Below are positions 1 through 16,591 of a DNA stretch of 64,000 nt, piece by piece. Source of the DNA: Tubulanus polymorphus (lineage: Eukaryota; Animalia; Nemertea); assembly GCF_964204645.1 (NCBI RefSeq), contig NC_134025.1, positions 1-64,000 of the forward strand, in the 5' to 3' direction. The position numbers and the translations under genes were made by a program. The notes under the pieces are model-generated. The model worked only from the letters and a program-made list of their open reading frames with translations. It had not been told where the DNA came from and did not search any database. The number at the start of each line of letters is the position of its first letter. The stretch's first letter is position 1.

Positions 1-908
1 TCGGAGTCAGTAGGGGTCAGTTGCAATCGGTCGGGGTCAGTCGGAGTCAGTCAGAGTCAGTCGCAATCGGTCGGGGTCAGTCGGAGTCAGTCAGGGTCAG
101 TCGCAATCGGTCGGAGTCAGTCGGGGTCAGTCGAGGTCAGTCAGAGTCAGTCGCAATCGGTCGGGGTCAGTCGGAGTCAGTCAGAGTCAGTAGCAATCGG
201 TCGGAGTCAGTAGGGGTCAGTTGCAATCGGTCGGGGTCAGTCGGAGTCAGTCAGAGTCAGTCGCAATCGGTCGGGGTCAGTCGGAGTCAGTCGCAATCGG
301 TCGGAGTCAGTCGAGGTCAGTCAGAGTCAGTCGCAATCGGTCGGGGTCAGTCGGAGTCAGTCAGAGTCAGTCGCAATCGGTCGGAGTCAGTAGGGGTCAG
401 TTGCAATCGGTCGGGGTCAGTCGGAGTCAGTCAGAGTCAGTCGCAATCGGTCGGAGTCAGTCGCAATCGGTCGGGGTCAGTCGGAGTCAGTCAGAGTCAG
501 TCGCAATCGGTCGGGGTCAGTCGAGGTCAGTCAGAGTCAGTCGCAATCGGTCGGGGCCAGTCGGAGTCAGTTGGGGTCAGTTGCAATCGGTCGGGGTCAG
601 TGGGAGTCAGTCGAGGTCAGTCAGAGTCAGTCGCAATCGGTCGGAGTCAGTCAGAGTCAGTCGCAATCGGTCGGAGTCAGTCGCAATCGGTCGGGGTCAG
701 TCAGAGTCAGTCGCAATCGGTCGGAGTCAGTCGCAATCGGTCGGGGTCAGTCGGAGTCAGTCGCAATCGGTCGGGGTCAGTCGAGGTCAGTCAGAGTCAG
801 TCGCAATCGGTCGGGGTCAGTCGGAGTCAGTTGCAATCGGTCGGGGTCAGTCGAGGTCAGTCAGAGTCAGTCGCAATCGGTCGGAGTCAGTCGGGGTCAG
901 TCGCAATC
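1..908. repeat. 10-bp-period minisatellite in an IFT88 intron
   Basis: Variant decamers TCGGAGTCAG/TCGGGGTCAG/TCAGAGTCAG/TCGCAATCGG. Confidence 0.95.
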
Positions 909-920
909 GTTTATTCTTAC

Positions 921-3900
921 ATTCGATATTATCAGGGAATTTACGATGTATAGTTTTATAAGTTTCTAAAGCTTGTTGATAATTTCCACTTCTACGATGA
1001 CAACTGGCAACCATTAACTGCCATTTTACTTGATTCGGTCTAAAATAGATGAGAAAATATTCAAATAGTAAAAACTTGCAAACAAATAAAATTCATATTT
1101 CATATAAACACTTACTGAACTATAGAAGCACGCTCGAAATATTGGATAGCTTTTTCGCAGAACTGTGAGTCGATATAATAAGCTCCTAACCACTCGATAT
1201 TCTCGATATTAGATGGAAAATATCGATATGACTGAAATATTTGAGAGGAAGATGAGAATCGAGAGTAAATATCGACGAATAAATTGAGACAATAATTCTA
1301 CGTACATCATAATGATACTGAAACGCTTGAGATTTATCTCCTTCATTGTCATAAATTTCACCGAGTTTCTGTAAAACTGAGGCATCAGTTGGAATGATAC
1401 TGAGTACTTGCATCAACCATTCAGTCGCTTGAGCTGTATCCTCTAATTGATCATAGCTATATTACTGTTAATTACATAACTATCTCTTTACTGGATACAG
1501 GATACCAGTATCAGCTACTGGATATTGGATACCAGTATCAACTACTGGATACATGATACCAGTATCAGCTACTGGATACAGGATACCAGTATCAGCTACT
1601 GGATACAGGATACCAGTATCAGCTACTGGATACATGATACCAGTATCAGCTACTGGATACAGGATACCAGTATCAGCTACTGGATACAGGATACCAGTAT
1701 CAGCTACTGGATACAGGATACCAGTATCAGCTACTGGATACAGGATACCAGTATCAGCTACTGGATACAGGATACCAGTATCAGCTACTGGATACAGGAT
1801 ACAAGTATCAGCTACTGGATACAGGATACCAGTATCAGCTACTCATTGAATTTTTTTATCTAAAGGATACATATCGGCTATTTGATACATGACTTGTGCA
1901 CTGTTTCGTAAAATAGCGTGAAGTTTGAAGAAACAATCTAAAGCATCTTCCAATCGTGCCAGTTTCTTATTACATAAACCTGAATATAACATGATTCACA
2001 GTTAGTATTCAGTCAGTGATTAAAGGTTACCATAGTTACAGTAAACATCCAACAAACCTAGATTGAACAATGCCTCGATACAAGATGAATCATTATTCAA
2101 AGCTTCTCTGTAGAATTCACGAGCTTTCTCATATTCCTTCTCTTCACACAAAACATTGCCTTTATTCACTAGAGCTGAAATATATACAACAAACACTACA
2201 TGGAGAGAAGGAGACAGTGGTAAGTGAGGAGGAGACAGTGGTAAGTGAGGAGGGATGTGTTACCCGATGGATTGTACCGATCTGCAGCTATTGCAGCATC
2301 AGCGTATTTATCAGCTTGTGCTAAATCACTCTCCTGAAAATAATATCAAACTACATCTCATTAAACAGCTACAATCAGTTCAGAGTGCCAGCAGCGGCAG
2401 CGGCAGCGGCAGCAGCAGCAGCAGCAAAAACAAAATATGAATGAATAAATGGTTTACCCCTGATTCAGCCAACTGTAGCATGCAAACATAGCAAACAAAC
2501 CGCTATATCAATATGTATCAATCGTTTAAAGGTAAATAAAGAAAATGACTCTTGCCACTTACCAGGAAATATAAGAATGATAAATTAGTAGCTGCTGTAC
2601 TGGCAACTTTAGTATCTTTCTTCTCAAATGACTTCAAAGTTTCAATCGCCTGAAAATCAATGAATAACAGAACGGACTATAGTTCATTACTCTCACCACA
2701 AGATATATGATATATGATACATGATATACGATATACGATACCTGGTTGAAATCTTTCTGCTTCAAATACATAATTCCTTTATCAATCTCTAAATCATGAG
2801 CCAAATCAACATACAGCGACATTTTCACTTGATCAACGCACCTGAAATCAGCCATCATACATTACTGACATAGTATGGTGAGGAGGTGAGGGGAATGAGG
2901 TGAGGAGGAATGAGGTGAGGAGGAATGAGGTGAGGAGGTGAGGGGGAATGAGGTGAGGAATGAGGTGAGGGGAGGAGGTGAGGGGTGAGGAGGGAGCAAG
3001 GGGTAGAAAACTGACCAATCATATCCAGCAGCGAATGTCGTTTCAATAACTGGTGCGATCATTTTAGCAGCTGTTTTTATACACCGTTCCGCTTCACTCT
3101 TCCTACAATATATACACCACGCCATCTATAGCTATTCATTTCAACTAACGCTAAAGTTAACACATCGCCCCCTATAGGATATCATACATACCTAGTTCGT
3201 TCTATTTGTCGTAAGCTGTCATTTTTAATCACTTCCAAAATCAGATTGTACTGTTTATCGTCCTGTAAATCAATCAATAAGAAACACGGGTTAGACCTAA
3301 ACTTAGCCCCCCCCCCAGGACCTGACTTACCCCCCAGGACCTCACTTACCCCTTGAGATAAGTATTTATCCTCATCATCGATGTGTAAATCAACCATCAA
3401 TAATTTTTGAAAAGCTTTTTTCATTTTTTCTCTGTCACCTAGAGCATAGTAACACAATATCAGATTGAAGCCTGTTTTAAAGTTAGGTTGTTCTTGCATG
3501 ATGTGTTCAAACGATGTTATTGCGTCGTTATATTGACCCATTTTCACAAACACTATTCCAATATTCTGCATTATTTTGATCCTTAAAAAGAAAAGCAAAA
3601 ACCTTTTTTCATATTTTCTCCAAATTTCCGATACAAAAAAGTGACAATGATGGAAGGAGATACAAACCTCATTTCTTTATGAGTATTTGGAACCTGATCG
3701 AGAGCCATTCGGTAATATTTGATAGATTTCGGATAATTTTTCTGTTTGAAGTAAATGTTTCCCATATTTACTTTTAATCGTCCTGGAACAAAAAAAATCA
3801 TAGATTCAATGCGTGTAATTTTATAAAGAATGATGAGAGGCTAGAGTTAGAGTAAATACTGACCGGCGTTACTGAACATTTTATTCTTGACAATAACCTG

Positions 3901-5146
3901 ATAGGTGTTCAATGCCTCGGCATGCATCTCATTTGCTGCGTATTGATTTGCCAAATTAAACAAAACCTATTAATTAATTAATAATTCATTAATTACAATC
4001 AGCTATAATTGATAAACAGCAGCAGCGGCAGCGGCAGCAGCAGCAGCTGGATCGAGGTTAATGTTTACGTACAGAATAAGTGAGGTCTAAATTAATTTGT
4101 TCACTGGTTCCAAGTTGTTCTCTTTGTCGAACTAAAATACGTTCCTTCCGACCGGCTTCTTTAGCTTTCTCTAACGCCTACAAATATACAGCACACTTAT
4201 ATAGCAGCGCCACCTATACATCTATAACAGCGCCACCTATATCAAACTTACTGTACTCAATTCTCCGCTACTATTCGCGAAACAACTTTCTTCTATCAAT
4301 TCGTTCACTTTCTTTTCTAATTGTTTTATTTTCTCTTCCGGACTAAAAATAAATAAATCGATGAAAAAGGAAAATAAAGCGATGAATGTTTGAAAAGAGT
4401 TACAGCTACAACAACAGGTACCTGTCTTCAGTTTTTGACTCCAATGGAGGAGCTGGACCTTGAGATGCTTGGTTTAAAGGATCAAACGAAACACCTAAAA
4501 AATAAATTATAATCATTTATCTTTAAGTGATGGGGACATACCGCGCCGGAGGAGGAAAGGGTTAGACGTACCTCTAGGTTGTGAAGTAAATCCTGCAGCT
4601 CTTACAGCGGTCATCGGTCGAGCGTTACCATCCTGTGCTCCGGTTACTGGACGTCCTAATGATGATATCATTCCACTCCTACCAGCAGCTTGAGTTCCTA
4701 ATCTTAAACCAGTTGGAGGTGGTTTACTACTACTCCCGGCCTAAAATACAATATCAAATACTCGCAACTTACAACATATTAGTTTTTAAAACAAATAAAA
4801 CCAAGATTGAATACTGAATATTTACGAGATTTTTTTTACGTCCATGACTGGTGCGCACTGCTTGTTGAAACGCTATATCATGTTCTAATTCCTGTAATAC
4901 ATAAATCAACATAGATATCAAATAGGCTTCAATACACCGGCCCGGTTCAATATACCCGCCCGGCGCAATACACCGGCCCGCCGCAGTACACCTTCCGGGC
5001 GCAGTACACGCGCTCCCGGCGCAATATACCCTCTGGTCTCAATACACCTGAAAACTTACCTCTGCTTCTAAAGTAGCGCTGTATTCGTTGAACCCTGAAT
5101 ATAAATCATCTTCATCTTCACCAGCGAGATGAACTTGTTCCATCAT
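921..5146 (-). CDS. IFT88: Intraflagellar transport protein 88 (TPR protein), about 19 exons visible; 3' end continues off the left edge
   Basis: First exon (5146-5060) MMEQVHLAGEDEDDLYSGFNEY matches the IFT88 N-terminus. Internal exons: GRLKVNMGNIYFKQKNYPKSIKYYRMALDQVP, QNIGIVFVKMGQYNDAITSFEHIMQEQPNFKTGFNLILCYYALGDREKMKKAF, LGEIYDNEGDKSQAFQYHYD, KWQLMVASCHRRSGNYQQAL. GT-AG boundaries. Confidence 0.96.
1457..1870 (-). other. U12-type (minor spliceosome) GT-AG intron in IFT88
   Basis: Donor reads GTATCCTTT on the minus strand (forward aaaggatac 1862-1870). Splicing restores IADI|YDQLED. Branch point is degenerate (AATTAAC). Confidence 0.7.
1489..1843. repeat. 27-bp minisatellite inside the IFT88 U12 intron
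   Basis: GATACCAGTATCAGCTACTGGATACAG x ~13. Confidence 0.95.
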
Positions 5147-5930
5147 ACTTAAACGATTCATACCTGCCATTTACAGCAGCAGCAGCAGCAGAGAGCGCAG
5201 ACTCCTCAACTTTATAACAACAATCTACCAACAACAACAAACAACGTCAGGAGAGTTCTCTCAACTCAACCACAACTCAAAGTCCTAACCTAATAAAAAA
5301 CCCTTCCCTGCCTTGTTGTTCACAGCGCATGCAGGCCTTGAAACTTAAAAAACTTTCTAAATGAAAATACCTTCGTTTGTTGACAATTGATCAAACTGAC
5401 AGTTAACCGTTCAGTTCGGTTTGTTTAGGAATTTCACCGCAGCGACATCTATACACGGACACCGGATCGGACCACGCTAACCCTAACCCTAGGTCCTGTC
5501 CCCATTACGATCTAACCCTAACCCTAGGTCCTTTCCCCATTACGATCTAACCCTAACCCTAGGTCTGTCCCCATTACGATCTAACCCTTACCCTAGGTCC
5601 TTTCCCCGTTACGATCTAACCCTAACCCTAGGTCTGTCCCCATTACGATCTAACCCTAACCCTAGATTCAATTGAATCAATACGCGATATAGCTGTAAAT
5701 CGGCTATGTATAAATCCACGCAAAAAATAGATTTGAGAAATCGGTTGATTTTATTGAATAAATGGTTTATAGATTAAATCAGAAGTCTACATTCAATAAG
5801 TTGATTATTATTCTACTAATTGATCATTGTTCTAATGATTTATCTCTGCTCCTCCGCTGGGTAATAAACGCATCGTCTGCACTTCCGGTGTCATGGCCGC
5901 CGTCAATCGGAAAAAAATCTAGAAAAAACA
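5147..5930. promoter_or_regulatory. Divergent promoter IFT88/CDK8 with telomere-motif minisatellite and ETS-like site
   Basis: Head-to-head starts ~780 bp apart; TAACCCTAACCCTAG repeats at 5478-5665; CACTTCCGGT at ~5880. Confidence 0.6.
5478..5665. repeat. ~40-bp minisatellite containing telomere-type (TAACCC)n
   Basis: CTAACCCTAACCCTAGGTCCTGTCCCCATTACGAT x ~5. Confidence 0.9.
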
Positions 5931-11275
<5,345 letters not shown>

Positions 11276-11379
11276 TAATTCACACTCTTTCTGTCTGCAT
11301 AAATAACTGGGTTATAATAATAATATATGATATTTTTCTATGAATTTGATTTTTGATATTTTCTTATCGAAAATTCCAT

Positions 11380-11998
11380 CCACAAACCAGGAACTCTTCC
11401 ACAAACCAGGAACTCTTCCACAAACCAGGAACTCTTCCACAAACCAGGAACTCTTCCACAAACCAGGAACTCTTCCACAAACCGGGAACTCTTCCACAAA
11501 CCAGGAACTCTTCCACAAACCAGGAATTCTTCCACAAACCAGGAACTCTTCCACAACCCGGGAACTCTTCCACTTGGCAGCAAATCTCTCTCTTCCCTGA
11601 TAATGGACTGACCTCTCTCGTGATAACGGACTGACCTCTCTCCTGAAAATGGACCGACCTCTCTCCCCTGATAACGGACTGACCTCTCCTGAAAATGGAC
11701 CGACCTCTCTCTCCGGATAACGGACTGGCCTCTCGCCTGATAACAGACTGACCTCTCTCTCCTGATAACGAACTGACCTCTCTCTCCGGATAACGGACTA
11801 GCCTCTTGCCTGATAACAGACTGACCTAACCCTCCTGAACGGACCGACCTCTCTCCTGATAACGGACTGACCTCTCTCTCCTGATAACGAACCGACCTCT
11901 CTCCTGATAACGGACCGACCTCTCTCCTGATAACAGACTGACCTCTCTCCTGATAACGGACTGACCTCTCTCTCCTGATAACGGACTGACCTCTCCCT
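11380..11998. repeat. Two adjacent minisatellites (19 bp and ~25 bp) between the convergent CDK8 and NDUFB4 ends
   Basis: CCACAAACCAGGAACTCTT x ~10; TCCTGATAACGGACTGACCTCTCTC x ~16. Confidence 0.93.
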
Positions 11999-12139
11999 CA
12001 AGGCTATTTGACAAAGTAATATTTGTAAATCTATTAAACAATCATTTATTTGAACCTATTTTTATTAAACACATTTATCGAACCTATTTATTTACACACC
12101 ACAAATCAAATGATTTCATACAATCTAAAATTGGCTATT

Positions 12140-12731
12140 TTAATTAATAAATTTGAAAGGTCGATCTTTGTAAGCGACTTCACCATTTCTTATCTTCATC
12201 TCCCTCTGATTCTGAAAAACATCAAAATATATAAGCAATAAAAACTACCATTGTCTTAATTAAATAAACGGCATCATTCAGTGATTCAGAAACAACTTAC
12301 TCTCTGTTTTGTTATCAGTTTATAAAGTGCGACCATAGGTAGTAATCCAAAAGCCAGTCCAAGAACCGCAGTGTATGGTGTGGCGCGGAAATATTCATAT
12401 CCACCAGATCTGGTAGAAAAGTATCGTTGTACGGCCGGGTCAAACTGTAAATAATGTCACATTGTTGATCAGAAACATGAAATATACGACACAACAGGAG
12501 CCGAGACTGTTGTCAATGTCAGGCCCTGGCAGCCCTCCAGCCAGCAGGTAATGGATTTCTACTTACAATATAACCAGTCGTTCCTCTGTACGGATTACTC
12601 AATTTTTTTTGCCATTCTAATTTTCTTTCCGCTCTTAATTCCGCGCGTTCATTGATCAATCGTTTCTCTTCCGACGAGATATTGAAAAGTTTTCTCGGAT
12701 CCCAACTTAGTTTTTGACCGTCAGACGCCAT
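12140..12731 (-). CDS. NDUFB4: NADH dehydrogenase 1 beta subcomplex subunit 4 (B15), 3 exons
   Basis: Spliced: MASDGQKLSWDPRKLFNISSEEKRLINERAELRAERKLEWQKKLSNPYRGTTGYI|FDPAVQRYFSTRSGGYEYFRATPYTAVLGLAFGLLPMVALYKLITNRE|NQREMKIRNGEVAYKDRPFKFIN*. Matches B15 motifs (DPA..R, F+PTP-like motif followed by a TM helix, G+V.Y.DR.FKF). Confidence 0.85.
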
Positions 12732-13326
12732 CTTGTAATGTTAGTTTCTACATTGTCATTGCGGTAATTAGTGTGACTCGCTAATGACATTAGACTGGTT
12801 GAAATTGGGTTAATATTAAATCATTTTATGGAATACGATCATTATTTAACGAATTTAAAAATCCTGTGCTCAATAAAAGTCATATCAATTTGACCTTAAA
12901 ATGATCAATAAATAATCAATTGAATTGAATTGAATGTGAATGTCATTAACCTCAAATAACCCTAACCCTAGCACCGGCACCGGGCCAGATCCGGACCTGT
13001 CGCTAACCCTAACCCTAGCTCGACACCGGACGCCACCATGGGCACCGGACCATGTGAAAACGGAGTCTTCCTAAAGAAAATATTATTTTCCCATAAAATG
13101 TTATACCGGTTATCTATTCTATCCCTAATCTATTCCTCATAATCTATTGACCTTTTTTATTCATTGATTATCCAGGAACGAGAAATAGAGAGGGCCATTG
13201 AAGCACTTCCGGTATTGGCCGGAGCGTTCCTTCGTTCTTTTGTATTTCCCTATCTGTGTCGATAGATGATGCATGTGTTGAATATTTGACATATTGTTTC
13301 TACGTCTCATTAATTCAACTGAAATC
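12732..13326. promoter_or_regulatory. Divergent promoter NDUFB4/EIF1A
   Basis: Head-to-head starts ~600 bp apart; TAACCCTAACCCTAG twice (12957-13018); CACTTCCGGT at ~13204. Confidence 0.6.
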
Positions 13327-15256
13327 ATGCCGAAAAATAAAGGTATTTATGAGTTTTAAATGTTTACTTTCTTGAACATAGATTTGTTGCTTCATTTGTC
13401 ACAGATTTTCTTCAAAACTGAAAGGAAGAAATTCCTCTGATCACTAATCAGTCACCACCTTCCTCACTGATCGGCCTCCTTTCCCTCCTCTCTCCCTTTC
13501 TTCTTCGACGATCCACTTTTCATTCGTAATCCATTCTATTCTTAGGTAAAGGAGGTAAAAACCGCAGAAGAGGAAAGAATGAAAATGAAAGAGAGAAAAG
13601 GGAATTAGTTTTTAAAGAAGATGGGCAAGGTAGGTAACCGCCGGTAACAACACCCGATCATTGATTAATATTTGTCTAATAGTTGTTTGTTTCTATAGAA
13701 TACGCTCAGGTGATCAGAATGTTGGGAAACGGACGTTTAGAAGCTCTGTGTTTTGATGCTGTGAAAAGATTGTGTCACATTCGTGGAAAATTGCGAAAAA
13801 AGGTTTGTTGGAGGAACTGGAGGGAGAGGGGATATCTGAGCTGGAGGAAGAGGGGGTAGGCCTGAGCTGGAGGGAGAGGGGATATCTGAGCTGGAGGGAG
13901 AGGGGGTAGGTCTGAGCTGGAGAGAGAAGGGGTAGGTCTGAGCTGGAGGGAGAGGGGGTAGGCCTGAGCCGGAGAGAGAAGGGGTAGGTCTGAGCTGGAG
14001 GGAGAGGGGGTAGGTCTGAGCTGGAGGGAGAGGGGGTAGGCCTGAGCTGGAGAGAGAAGGGGTAGGTCTGAGCTGGAGGGAGAGGGGGTAGGTCTGAGCT
14101 GGAGGAAGAGGGGGTAGGCCTGAGCTGGAGGGAGAGGGGATATCTGAGCTGGAGGGAGAGGGGGTAGGTCTGAGCTGGAGGGAGAGGGGGTAGGCCTGAG
14201 CTGGAGGGAGGGGATATCTGAGCTGGAGGGAGAGGGGGTAGGCCTTAGCTGGAGGGAGAGGGGATATCTGAGCTGGAGGGAGAGGGGGTAGGCCTGAGCT
14301 GGAGGGAGAGGGGATATCTGAGCTGGAGAGAGAAGGGGTAGGTCTGAGCTGGAGGGAGAGGGGGTAGGTCTGAGCTGGAGGGAGAGGGGGTAGGTCTGAG
14401 CTGGAGGGAGAGGGGGTATCTGAGCTGGAGGGAGAGGGGGTAGGTCTGAGCTGGAGGGAGAGGGGGTAGGTCTGAGCTGGAGGGAGAGGGGGTAGGCCTG
14501 AGCTGGAGGGAGAGGGGATATCTGAGCTGGAGGGAGAGGGGGTAGGTCTGAGCTGGAGGGAGAGGGGGTAGGCCTGAGCTGGAGGGAGAGGGGGTAGGTC
14601 TGAGCTGGAGGGAGAGGGGGTAGGCCTGAGCTGGAGAGAGAAGGGGTAGGTCTGAGCTGGAGGGAGAGGGGGTAGGTCTGAGCTGGAGGGAGAGGGGGTA
14701 GGCCTGAGCTGGAGAGATAAGGGGTATCTGAGCTGGAGGGAGAGGGGAGGGGGTAGGCTTGAGCTGGAGGGAGAGGGGAGAGGGGGTAGGCCTGAGCTGG
14801 TGGCAGTTTTATTTAATCAATGTCTGTCTGTTTGTTTTGTATAGGTTTGGATCAGTCCTCAAGATATAATATTAGTTGGATTACGTGACTATCAGGACAA
14901 TAAAGCAGATGTCATATTGAAATACACTCCTGATGAAGCCAGGAATTTACAATCTTACGGTGAAATACCAGAAACAGGTAATGTGAGGGGAAAGAGGAGA
15001 AAGAGGGCTGTGGGATGGTGTGAGGAGGGAGAGGGGGGATGGTGTGAGGAGGGAGAGGGGGGATGGTGTGAGGAGGGAGTGAGGGGAGAGTTAGGCAGAA
15101 AGATGACTCACAGTTTCATGTATTGATATTTCAGCTGTAATTTCACATAAAGAATGGGATGATGATTTTGGAAATGTTGTATTCGGTGAATTTCAAGATG
15201 AATGCTCTAGTGATGAGGGTGAATTGGATGATGCAGATATTCATGATTACCCTTAA
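13327..15256 (+). CDS. EIF1A: Eukaryotic translation initiation factor 1A, 5 coding exons
   Basis: MPKNK|[28 protein letters not shown]|[35 protein letters not shown]|[44 protein letters not shown]|acidic tail ending IHDYP*. Confidence 0.96.
13815..14800. repeat. 26-bp G-rich minisatellite, EIF1A intron
   Basis: CTGAGCTGGAGGGAGAGGGGGTAGGT x ~38. Confidence 0.95.
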
Positions 15257-16591
15257 TACACATGTCTGTTTCTATCATATGTGTTGTTGATGTTGTTCTA
15301 AGGTAAGCAGGAAACTCCGACAGTTTATACTGGAGGCTCCGGCAGTTTATACTGGAGACTCCGACAGTTTATACTGGAGACTCCGACAGAGTTTATAGGA
15401 CGGGTATCTCAGATACTGGAGACTCCGACAGAGTTTATCGGACGGGTATCTCAGATACTGGAGACTCCGACAAGAGTTTATAGGACGGGTATCTCAGATA
15501 CTGGAGACTCCGACAGAGTTTATAGGACGAGTATCTCAGATACTGCAATTCTAGTCAAGCTCCTATAAACTATTTGACTCTCATTTTATGGTAGAAAATT
15601 GTATTGTTGCCACATTGCTGTGAATTCTCCAAATTAAGCCTTTATTTGATCTATTTCAGAGTTAAAGATGCGTTTTGTATGAAGATTATTTTACTTTCGA
15701 ACAACAGAAAATCAGATCATTATACCGACTGAAGTTCAAAGGGCGCCGCCTGGTGGCTTCATCATATTACTCTTTATATCATCGTATTGTTACAATGTAA
15801 AATAAAAACAATCTTGAAAACTGCAATTTCCGATTGCTGCTTTATATCAGCCTAATAACATTGCCTGCAGTCAGCTGCTAGCGCCCCCTAGGGGCCATTA
15901 TTATAACTAATTGTTAGTTCTGTATGTGTCTCTTAAATAATTCAAATTTGAATCATCAACACTGGATAAACTTCTCTAATAGGAGGAACTACTTGGCTCC
16001 TCCTATAGGAGGAACTACTGGCTCCTCCTATTGGAGGATATGAGGGTGCTCTGGCATTTATTATTGTTTTTCAATTTAATCGATAAATTTGAATTAAATG
16101 AGAAATATGTGTAAAAAGATAAATTGTGTTTTGTTCTTATTTTTTGGGGAAAAATATGGCAGCATTCTGGTGCTGATTTTACTTAGTTTGTACTGGTTGT
16201 AGCTGCTGAGTCTACTAGTGATATCCATCCAGAATGGGCTAAAAGTGGTTCACAAAACATAATAGTCAGAAAGTGCGACTTTGGAAGTTGATCTGAAAAG
16301 TGTGGACTTAATACTAATGAGCCCTGATTCTGTGCCGTGCTCCTAATGGGCAGTAGTCACAGTCCGGGTTCTCTGTCCGTGTCTTAGTCCGTACGATTTT
16401 CATATTAATATTGATGAGGTGAAGGTCATGGGGGAGACGCCATTTTAGATGCTGAAAACAATGAAAGTGAAATTTCTGGATTGTTACAGTATTTAGATAA
16501 ATTAGCTGTCAGTTTAAGAGTGTAGCACAGACGCCGTTGAGAGAAGGCAGCTTCTACTCGCAGTTCAACAACACAAGAAACTATCGTCAAA

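Noticed and set aside
21-969. 310/246/132-aa ORFs
   Set aside because: Translations of a stop-free decamer minisatellite in an IFT88 intron.
5478-5665. True telomere or chromosome-fusion site
   Set aside because: Only 2-3 TAACCC per unit inside a 40-bp repeat; no long or head-to-head array.
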